A DNA stretch of 64,000 nt from Clostridia bacterium (lineage in GTDB: Bacteria; Bacillota; Clostridia; Oscillospirales; Feifaniaceae). Below the pieces are notes generated by a model. That model was not told the origin of the DNA. It ran no database searches and saw only the letters and a list, made by a program, of their open reading frames with translations. Positions 55,306 through 62,601 of this stretch are shown piece after piece. Positions within the stretch are counted from its first letter, which is position 1. The number at the start of each line of letters is the position of its first letter. The stretch lies in the NCBI GenBank assembly GCA_017427525.1, contig JAFRSP010000018.1:1684-65683 (forward strand). Reading direction: 5' to 3'. Position numbers and translations under genes: made by a program.

Positions 55306-56661
55306 ATGCATAAGGCCGCGACGGGAGCGAATGTCATGACCCAATTTCAGTCTTGGATAGATGCCGTCAATGCCAACAACGGCGTGATTCAAATTGCCCT
55401 GACTGTTTTTCAGATCCTCATCACCTTTTTTGGATTTTTGCTGATCACTCGAAAGCAAATCCACAGGGACCGGTATGAGGAACGCCTCAATCAACTGAAA
55501 AAAACAGTAGACGCCCTGACCGTCAGCCGCAACGATTTTGCGGAAAGGGCGCTGGCACTGTATCGGGAGCATTTTCGCTCCGACCCCGATTGCAGCGAGT
55601 TTGTGGAGCATGGGCACCTGATCTATCGCAATGGCTGGGTCAACTGCAAGGATTCACAGGGGCGATTTTATCCCCTCTCCTCCTTCACCCCCAAGATCGC
55701 CTCCCGGTATACCCCGCCGGCGCCGAAAAAGAACCACACCCTTCCAGATCAGCAGGAAAGCTATGCCGATAACGTGAAGTTTTACCTGGGAAAGACCCTG
55801 ATGGATCTCCCGCTCTATGGGCTGAATGAGGTCCGCCTGCATCCCGACGAAATCGAAATCACGGTGAATTTGGGCTCCTATTTTGACTTTTACAACACCT
55901 GCGAATACAGGGGATATGAAATGGCCTATGCCCGCAGAATCCTGGGGAAAACGGCCGTTTCCGCCAAAACGCTTCCCGCGCGCTACGGCAAAAACAACGA
56001 GGGGCTGAATCTTTTCAACACTAGCAACCGCTTCCCCGGCATCGGCATCAACACCGTGACCATTTTGAAAAACGTGCTGGACGATCAGGAGCCTGACCGC
56101 GATCCGCCCATGCGCGACTTCTTCCTGATGCACAAACGCTCCAAACAGGTGGCCGAGGGAATCGGAAACTATCACGTGATACCCGCAGGTTCCTATCAGC
56201 CGCTGAAGGACTATCTGGACCACAGCGACGAAACCCGTGCGGAAACCATGAAGGATACCGTGCTGCGGGAATTCGGCGAAGAGATCAAGGACTATGAGGA
56301 ATTCATCGATCTAAACACCTCGCAGCTCCTGCAAAACCTGGATCGACTGCTCGACCCCTATTTTCTGGGCATCGGGTTTGAGCCGCTGAACACCAAGACG
56401 GAGGTTCTCTCTGCGCTGATTCTCGACCTGGAACAGCCGAAAATCCGCGCGCTGTTCCAAGGACAGCGTCACTATTCACAGCTCCAGACGCTGCTTGACC
56501 GAAACAACAATTACGAGGGAGAAATCCACCTCTGCCCGCTGAATTGCAGCACCCTTCGGCAATATGAAAACGACTTCCGTTCCACCGCTTCCATGAAGGA
56601 GATCATGCGGATTTTGCAGCTGGAGGAAAACCGTGCCTTTTTCCATGTGCAAAACATCTGA
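55306..56661 (+). CDS. Membrane-anchored protein with a C-terminal Nudix-fold-like domain carrying a degenerate Nudix box; function unknown
   Basis: One N-terminal TM helix (VIQIALTVFQILITFFGFLLIT). FLMHKRSKQ...YHVIPAGS...E-x7-REFGEEI (56188-56283) matches the E-x7-RE-U-x-EE core of the Nudix box, but there is an insertion after the Gly. Start is uncertain (TTG 55279, ATG 55306 or ATG 55336). Confidence 0.55.
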   Translation: MHKAATGANVMTQFQSWIDAVNANNGVIQIALTVFQILITFFGFLLITRKQIHRDRYEERLNQLKKTVDALTVSRNDFAERALALYREHFRSDPDCSEFVEHGHLIYRNGWVNCKDSQGRFYPLSSFTPKIASRYTPPAPKKNHTLPDQQESYADNVKFYLGKTLMDLPLYGLNEVRLHPDEIEITVNLGSYFDFYNTCEYRGYEMAYARRILGKTAVSAKTLPARYGKNNEGLNLFNTSNRFPGIGINTVTILKNVLDDQEPDRDPPMRDFFLMHKRSKQVAEGIGNYHVIPAGSYQPLKDYLDHSDETRAETMKDTVLREFGEEIKDYEEFIDLNTSQLLQNLDRLLDPYFLGIGFEPLNTKTEVLSALILDLEQPKIRALFQGQRHYSQLQTLLDRNNNYEGEIHLCPLNCSTLRQYENDFRSTASMKEIMRILQLEENRAFFHVQNI

Positions 56662-56786
56662 AACAGCTGCAGGCGACTGTGCCATTCTTTTAGAATCCGG
56701 ATCGTGTTTCCCTGTTGTCTTCTCCTTTTTGTCGGCAACGAGACTCTCGCGCTTCCTTTCGATTCTTTCGGTTTTAGGGGGCAGCT

Positions 56787-57558
56787 ATGAATTTACAAAT
56801 GGACTCCTCTTTAGCGGAAAAATACAACAGCGCTTCTCAAAAGGCCCGTATCGTAACCGAGTCCTAGGTAGCAGCGAACATGTTCTGTCCCCTGTGCGGG
56901 AATCTTCATATTTCGCATTTTGAGAATAACAGGCCAGTTGCAGATTACTTCTGTCCGCACTGCGGAAATCAGTTTGAACTCAAAAGCAAAAACGGCACGG
57001 CACTCAAAAAAATAGCGGACGGCGCTTACTCGACCATGATCGAAAGAATCACCAGTTTTGATCATCCGGACTTCTTGTTCATGTCATATACAAAATCTGA
57101 TTGGATTGTCCGAAACCTCTTTTTTTGTCCCCAAGCATTTCTTTACGCCTGATATCATCGAAAAGAGACCGCCTCTTCGCCCAACTGCAAGGAGGGCAGG
57201 ATGGATCGGTTGTAATATCAATCTAAGCCAAATACCCGCAACAGGAAGAATCCCCATCATCGAAAATGGGGTCAAAATTGATAAAACCATTGTGATAAAA
57301 CGGGCTTCCGCTGCAAATGCCTTGAATACTACGGATATCCTTGCGCGCGGTTGGCTGTTGGATACGTTGATGTGTGTTGAAAAAATCGGCAGGGTTTCTT
57401 TTGCATTATCTGAAGTATATGCATTTGAGGACGAGTTGGCTTTGAAACACCCTGACAATCATAACATAAGGGCAAAGATCAGGCAGCAACTCCAGGTTCT
57501 GAGAGACAGAGGGATCCTCGAGTTTACCGGTTTGGGAAAATACCGGAGGGTGCAATAA
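56787..57558 (+). pseudogene. DpnI / Dam-replacing-protein family methyl-directed (GmATC) restriction endonuclease, disrupted by an in-frame TAG (56865-56867) and a +1 frameshift in a T7 run (57120-57126)
   Basis: The reconstructed 256-aa product aligns end to end with my memory of S. pneumoniae DpnI (254 aa): SQKARI.TE, CP.CGN...HFENNRPVAD..C.HC...FELKSK, GAY.TM, RKPL.PTARRAGWIGCNI.LSQ.P..GRI and KIRQQLQ.LRD..I.EF.G.GKYR. Listed ORFs 56880..57152 and 57058..57558 are the two halves. Confidence 0.8.
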
Positions 57559-57583
57559 GAACAGCCTCCCTTTCCCTTTTTCA

Positions 57584-57625
57584 ACAAAAACAGCGTCTGC
57601 AAAAGCAGACGCTGTTCCTTTTTTG
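57584..57625. terminator. Bidirectional terminator between the DpnI-like gene and trkA
   Basis: ACAGCGTCTGC-AAAA-GCAGACGCTGT, with an A-rich 5' flank and TCCTTTTTTG 3' flank. Confidence 0.8.
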
Positions 57626-57633
57626 CAAACGCA

Positions 57634-58281
57634 TCAGGTATGGAAGCACTTTTGAATGGCCTTGAGGTCCCCCAAAACCAGGATGGTCTTGTCGCGGTCC
57701 AGCGCGGTCTCCGGCGTGATCGAAAGATTGACGGTTCCGTTCTCCTTCACCGCCATGATGTTGATTCCGAATTGCTTGCGGATATCGATCTGGCCCACTG
57801 TTTTGCCGACCCAGTCTTCGGGAATGGTGAGTTCAAAAATGGCGTGCTCCTCATCCAGCTTGATGTAGTCCAGAATATGGGTGGAGGAGTAGCAGATCGC
57901 AGCCCACTGCGCCATTTGCTTTTCGGGATTGATCACCTCGTCTGCACCGTTGCGCAGTAAAAACTTCGCCTGCACCTCGCGGTTGGCGCGGGATACCACA
58001 TAGCGTCCGCCGAGCTCCTTAAGCAGCGACGTGGTCTCGAGCGAGCTTTGGAATTCGTCTGCAATGGTGACGATGCAGACGTCAAAGCTGCTGATTCCCA
58101 GCGACTGCAGAAAGGTTTCGTTTGTACTGTCTCCGATCTGCGCATCCGTGACAAAGGGCAGGATGGCATTGATCCGATCTTCGTTTCTGTCGACCGCCAT
58201 AATCTGATGGCCGAGTTCGCTCAACTCCTTTGCAAGCATGAAGCCGAAATTGTCGAGACCGATTAACAGAATGGATTTCAT
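57634..58281 (-). CDS. trkA: TrkA/KtrA-type K+ uptake regulatory subunit (RCK_N + RCK_C)
   Basis: 215 aa with a Rossmann-like N-terminus (ILLIGLDNFG, where the second Gly of GxGxxG is replaced by Asp) and an RCK_C domain. Adjacent to trkH. Confidence 0.85.
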   Translation of the reverse strand: MKSILLIGLDNFGFMLAKELSELGHQIMAVDRNEDRINAILPFVTDAQIGDSTNETFLQSLGISSFDVCIVTIADEFQSSLETTSLLKELGGRYVVSRANREVQAKFLLRNGADEVINPEKQMAQWAAICYSSTHILDYIKLDEEHAIFELTIPEDWVGKTVGQIDIRKQFGINIMAVKENGTVNLSITPETALDRDKTILVLGDLKAIQKCFHT

Positions 58282-58299
58282 TGCTTTTCTCCTTTTTGA

Positions 58300-59634
58300 T
58301 TATCCGACAATGATCTTCTCTACAGGGCTCTGCGACACATCCACAACCCTGCTGGAAATTGCCGCGTACATCAGGGTCAGGCCGCCCACTCTTCCCCAGA
58401 ACATCAGAACGATCAAAATGGCGTGAGAGAAGACGCCCAGCGTGGGCGTGATGCCGAGGGTGAGTCCCACCGTTCCGATCGCAGACACCGTTTCAAAAAG
58501 ACACACACCGATCGGGAGCTGTTCCACGAGGCTGATCGCCATCGCGCTTATCCCGGGGAGGGTGAGATACAGCAACATCAGCGTGGCCGCGCTTCGAACC
58601 ACGCTGTCTTCAATCCGCCTGTCAAAGAGCTCCACATCCCTCTTGCGCCGAAACACAGAGTTCGCAGCGGCAACCAGCACGACCAGGGTCGTGGTTTTCA
58701 TGCCGCCCGCAGTGGACCCGGGCGAGCCGCCGATCAGCATCAGGATCGCAATACAGACATGTCCCACTCCGCCCATTGCGGACAGGTCGACCGTATTGAA
58801 TCCCGCGGTTCTCGGCGTGATCGCCTGAAACAGAGAAAGGCAGATTCTCTCCTTTATCGGCAGTGCAGAAAACTCCTCGAAGAAAAACAGCGCGGTCGGG
58901 ACTGCAATAAGAATTGCCGTGGCCGCCAGAATGGCCTTACTCTGCACACGATACTTTTTGAAGTGCAGTTTGTTTTCGCTGATATCGTCCCACGTGAGAA
59001 AGCCGATTCCTCCCACTACAATCAGCCCGCCGATAATCAGCACGATCCAGGGGTTGCCGCCATGGCCTGTCAGGGAAGTGAAGGCGCCGGTTTTTGTCCC
59101 CATCACGTCAAAGCCCGCATTGCAAAAGGCCGAGACCGAATGGAAAATGGCCATCCAAACGCCGGATATCCCATAGCTTTTACAGAAAATCGGCATCAGC
59201 AAAATGGCTCCGGCGAATTCAAAGGCAAACGCAATCTTAAATAAAAACCCTGTCATCGTAACGATCCCCCCGATGTGCGGGGCGGAAATGGCCTCCTGCA
59301 GCATGCTGCGCTGCAGAAGCGAAATATTCTTACCGGAGATCATGGCAATGAGAGCCGCAACCGACACCACACCGAGTCCTCCGATCTGGATCAAAACCAA
59401 TATGACCGCCTGCCCGAAGAAAGACCAGTAGGTAGCCGTATCCTTTACGATCAGCCCCGTCACGCAGACGGCCGAGGTCGCAGTGAAAAGCGCATCGTGG
59501 AAGGAGGCGGCTTCTCCCCCTGCGGAAGAGACGGGCAGCATGAGAAGCAGCGTGCCGATGAGGATCACGCCGACGAAGCCAAGGCTGACGATCTGCATGG
59601 ACGAGAGTTTTTTCCCAAAGAATCGCCCGTTCAT
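58300..59634 (-). CDS. trkH: TrkH/KtrB-family K+ transporter membrane subunit
   Basis: 444 aa, polytopic, with repeated MPM-like segments containing the selectivity Gly (...TAGFN..., ...GGSPGSTAGG.K). Confidence 0.88.
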   Translation of the reverse strand: MNGRFFGKKLSSMQIVSLGFVGVILIGTLLLMLPVSSAGGEAASFHDALFTATSAVCVTGLIVKDTATYWSFFGQAVILVLIQIGGLGVVSVAALIAMISGKNISLLQRSMLQEAISAPHIGGIVTMTGFLFKIAFAFEFAGAILLMPIFCKSYGISGVWMAIFHSVSAFCNAGFDVMGTKTGAFTSLTGHGGNPWIVLIIGGLIVVGGIGFLTWDDISENKLHFKKYRVQSKAILAATAILIAVPTALFFFEEFSALPIKERICLSLFQAITPRTAGFNTVDLSAMGGVGHVCIAILMLIGGSPGSTAGGMKTTTLVVLVAAANSVFRRKRDVELFDRRIEDSVVRSAATLMLLYLTLPGISAMAISLVEQLPIGVCLFETVSAIGTVGLTLGITPTLGVFSHAILIVLMFWGRVGGLTLMYAAISSRVVDVSQSPVEKIIVG

Positions 59635-59989
59635 TTGAACTCTCCAATCTTAGGCAACAACCGCACTCGTCTCTGACGGAAAACATCGGATGCCGCCGCA
59701 CAGAAATAGGATAAAACAAACCCCAATGCGGATTATACCACATCTTCTTCAAAAAGGTGTGAAATTTGGCCGTTTTTTTCGGAAATTGTTTTGAAACGAT
59801 GGACTTCTTTCTCTCCTTGTGGTATGAAAAAAGAAAGGCTGTAAAAAACTTGGCGGGCACGCCTCCCGCGCCGGGCCGTTCCGCTCCGCATGCAAGACAA
59901 CTCACGGCGCTTGCTCCTGGCCCTGTCTCTATACGCGGCAAGCCGCTTTGCAGGTCGAAATCCACACGATCGACAAAGGAGGAAACCCC

Positions 59990-60574
59990 ATGGACATCAA
60001 CTTTTTGTTTTTTGAAAACTACGAAACCCTTGATATCTTCGGCCCGATTGAGGTTTTCTCAAACATCGAGGGCGCAAAGCTTTCCTACATTTCCATGCAG
60101 GGAGGCCCTGTGAAAAGCCGCCAGGGGCATGAGATCCTGACAAAGCCCGCCTCTTCAGTCGCGCCCAAGGGCGTTTTGGTCATTCCCGGCGGGATGGGTA
60201 CTAGGACGCTGGTGCACGACGAAACCTTTCTTGCCGCTCTGAAGGAACTGAGCGACCATGCGGAATTCGTTTTGACCATCTGCACGGGCTCGGGACTGCT
60301 GGCCAAGGCCGGCGCTCTCAACCGCCACAGTGCCACTTCCAACAAAAAAGCCTTCGAATGGGCAAAGTCTACCTCGGATCAGGTAAACTGGGTAAAAAAA
60401 GCCCGCTGGGTGGTCGACGGCAAGTTTTATACCTCCTCTGGCGTTTCCGCGGGAATCGATATGGCACTTGGTTTTGTCAGCGACCAGATTGGGGAAACGC
60501 GGGCGCGTGAAATCGCGCGCAATATCGAATACCTCTGGAACAGCGACAAAGAGGAGGACGCTTTTTGTCTCTAA
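59990..60574 (+). CDS. DJ-1/PfpI family protein
   Basis: ATG at 59990 after an AAAGGAGG SD. Nucleophile elbow ICTGSGLLAKAG and a following SGVSAGIDMAL. Confidence 0.8.
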   Translation: MDINFLFFENYETLDIFGPIEVFSNIEGAKLSYISMQGGPVKSRQGHEILTKPASSVAPKGVLVIPGGMGTRTLVHDETFLAALKELSDHAEFVLTICTGSGLLAKAGALNRHSATSNKKAFEWAKSTSDQVNWVKKARWVVDGKFYTSSGVSAGIDMALGFVSDQIGETRAREIARNIEYLWNSDKEEDAFCL

Positions 60575-60654
60575 TCCCCCTTCGGGGATCGTCGCTCGTA
60601 TTTTTTCGCTTTTTCAGTCCGCAAATTCCCACATTCTCCAAATTCGCCCCGATC

Positions 60655-60690
60655 AAAGCAGGAGGCCGGCGCCGGCCTCCTGCTTTTTCT
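60655..60690 (+). terminator. Rho-independent terminator after the DJ-1 gene
   Basis: Perfect palindromic stem AAAGCAGGAGGCCGG|CGCCGGCCTCCTGCTTT followed by TTTCTTGG. Confidence 0.85.
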
Positions 60691-60730
60691 TGGTTTGATA
60701 TTCGACGCAGCACCTGTGTGAAAAACAATA

Positions 60731-60766
60731 CAAAAAGAAAGCGCCCGCAGCCCTGCGGGCTGCGGG
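60731..60766 (-). terminator. Rho-independent terminator after the rubrerythrin gene
   Basis: Stem CCCGCAGCCC-TGC-GGGCTGCGGG, followed on the minus strand by CGCTTTCTTTTTG. Confidence 0.7.
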
Positions 60767-60784
60767 TCGCGCTCTCTTTATCAC

Positions 60785-61954
60785 TCAATAGTTCTCGCAG
60801 TTGACCTCGAAATAGGCTTTGGGATGCGCACAGGCGGGGCAGATCTCGGGGGCTTTCTCTCCCACGACGATATGGCCGCAGTTACGGCACTCCCAAACCT
60901 TGACCTCGCTCTTGGCAAACACCTGCGCCGTCTCCACATTCTTGAGCAGGGCGCGATACCGCTCTTCATGGTGCTTCTCGATCGCAGCAACCAGACGGAA
61001 CTTGGCGGCGAGCTCCGGGAAGCCCTCCTCCTCTGCCGTCTTGGCAAAGCCTACGTACATATCGGTCCACTCGTGGTTCTCCCCTTCTGCCGCAGCCAAG
61101 AGATTTTCAGCAGTGTCGCCGATTCCATTCAGCTCCTTGAACCACATCTTGGCATGCTCTTTTTCATTGTCGGCAGTCTTGAGGAAAAGGGCGGAAATCT
61201 GCTCAAAGCCCTCTTTCTTGGCCTTGGATGCAAAATAGGTATACTTGTTTCTCGCCTGAGATTCGCCGGCAAAGGCGGCCTCTAAGTTCTTTTCAGTCTG
61301 GGTCCCGGCATAGGGGTTCTTTTTCTTCTCCTCGACCAGTTCAAGCTTATCCCCCTTTGCGCCGCAAAGCGGACACACGGGCTCAACTCCGTCTTCCACC
61401 TGAAATACCTGTTTGCAGAGTTTGCATTGATAGGTTTTCATTTTATTTGCTCCTTTCGTTTCATTGTTTGGAATGCGATCCAGCAATGTTTTTACCGCTT
61501 TGAGCGGAAAATCCGGACTCGGCGGATTGTTGGTCAATTCTTGCAGCAGCCGATGGGTATTGTCGCTCTGCGGAAGCATAAAACCCGCCTCCCGCATCAC
61601 ATCCTCTGCAATCAGCCGCTCGGATTTGGCAACGGCCGCCATCAGGCGGGAAAGACTGTTTTGATCTGATGCCTGCGCGATTTGGCTCGCTGCCTTCTCC
61701 TGTTCGGATTTTCTTGCCGCAAGGGCCTTGAGCGTGCCTTGCACCTCATTCGTTTTTGGCTGCTGCGGGGGATACTCAGTCGGTACCATGCTGATGGCTC
61801 CGCTCGGACAGGCTCCGGCGCAGACGCCGCATCCGATACACTTGGCGATATCGATCACGCTGTTCTCGGTATCCGTCGCCCCTGTGGGGCAAACATAAAG
61901 ACATAGACAATCCTTGGTGCAGAGGCGAAGATTTCTAACGGCCACCTTTTTCAC
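60785..61954 (-). CDS. Continuous ORF joining a 2x[4Fe-4S] ferredoxin-domain protein (aa 1-171) to a rubrerythrin flanked by rubredoxin-like domains (aa 172-389); an internal SD+ATG at 61441 could also give a stand-alone rubrerythrin
   Basis: CxxCxxCxxxCP-type motifs ([12 protein letters not shown] and [12 protein letters not shown]). Rubrerythrin di-iron ligands ([31 protein letters not shown]). CxxC...CxxC pairs at both ends. GAAAGGAG lies 8 nt before the ATG at 61441. Confidence 0.8.
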   Translation of the reverse strand: MKKVAVRNLRLCTKDCLCLYVCPTGATDTENSVIDIAKCIGCGVCAGACPSGAISMVPTEYPPQQPKTNEVQGTLKALAARKSEQEKAASQIAQASDQNSLSRLMAAVAKSERLIAEDVMREAGFMLPQSDNTHRLLQELTNNPPSPDFPLKAVKTLLDRIPNNETKGANKMKTYQCKLCKQVFQVEDGVEPVCPLCGAKGDKLELVEEKKKNPYAGTQTEKNLEAAFAGESQARNKYTYFASKAKKEGFEQISALFLKTADNEKEHAKMWFKELNGIGDTAENLLAAAEGENHEWTDMYVGFAKTAEEEGFPELAAKFRLVAAIEKHHEERYRALLKNVETAQVFAKSEVKVWECRNCGHIVVGEKAPEICPACAHPKAYFEVNCENY

Positions 61955-62601
61955 GCCGAAATTCCCCCTTCCACCTTCTCAAACTTCCATGACGGAACCT
62001 TGCACACGGGGCAAAGCTCCGGCGGAGCCTCCCCGACATACACGAATCCGCAGGTGGTGCAGACCCAGATCTCGGCGTCGGCAAGCATCGCTTCGCCCTC
62101 TCTGAGATACCGGTTCACAAGAGAGGAGAGCATCCTCGTGACCTTCTCTCCCCAAACGCAGACTCTGGCCGCTCCCCGATCTCCCGCGGCATCGGCCACC
62201 GCTCTGACGACGGCATAGCCTTCGATATCCTCCTTCAGCTCGCGGGCAAGCTTTTCAAGAGAGGGGTCTTCCACCGCGGGAGTAATGGCGGTGAAATAGT
62301 CCGCAAGTTCCAGAAAGAGCCCTGCTTCTTCGGTCAGATACTGTTTTTCGCAGCCCCGCGCCAGGTTCGAGCAGAGCGCCGCAAGCTGTCCGAGCGAAAG
62401 CTTTTTCCCATCGGATTTTTCCATCACCGGAACACGCTTTTCCGTCGACGCCGCAGGCTTTGCCGCTTCAGACTGAAACTCCGCTTTCGGCGCTCCGCAC
62501 AGCGGGCACTTCCAGGCATCAGGAAGCTCTGAAAAGGGAATTGTTTCCTTTGCGTCGTCATAGACAAACCCGCAAACCTGACAAACGGCTTTCACAAACA
62601 T
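61951..62601 (-). CDS. Double rubredoxin-domain protein (N-terminal rubredoxin, helical core lacking di-iron ExxH ligands, C-terminal rubredoxin-like domain)
   Basis: CQVCGFVY...[10 protein letters not shown] at the N-terminus and [12 protein letters not shown]...CPVCKVP at the C-terminus. 4-nt overlap with the downstream gene and 10-nt overlap with the upstream gene. Confidence 0.7.
   Translation of the reverse strand: MFVKAVCQVCGFVYDDAKETIPFSELPDAWKCPLCGAPKAEFQSEAAKPAASTEKRVPVMEKSDGKKLSLGQLAALCSNLARGCEKQYLTEEAGLFLELADYFTAITPAVEDPSLEKLARELKEDIEGYAVVRAVADAAGDRGAARVCVWGEKVTRMLSSLVNRYLREGEAMLADAEIWVCTTCGFVYVGEAPPELCPVCKVPSWKFEKVEGGISA

Noticed and set aside
56758-56766. TTCGATTCT 9-mer identical to the tmRNA T-loop region, just upstream of the DpnI-like gene (a possible internal island boundary)
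   Set aside because: A 9-nt match is expected by chance about once in a 64-kb two-strand search, and the similarity does not extend on either side.
56865-56867. In-frame TAG in the DpnI-like gene as a programmed read-through or pyrrolysine codon
   Set aside because: There is no Pyl machinery or PYLIS-like context visible in the window. The same gene also carries a frameshift, so decay or sequencing error is the simpler explanation.
59635-59760. Possible c-di-AMP (ydaO/kimA-type) riboswitch upstream of trkH/trkA
   Set aside because: K+ transporter genes in Firmicutes often carry this riboswitch, so I read the minus-strand leader. The predicted extended -10 (TGgTATAAT) leaves only about 110 nt. 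I could not find the pseudo-symmetric conserved ACGGGG/CCGAA-type cores. An Rfam scan would settle it.
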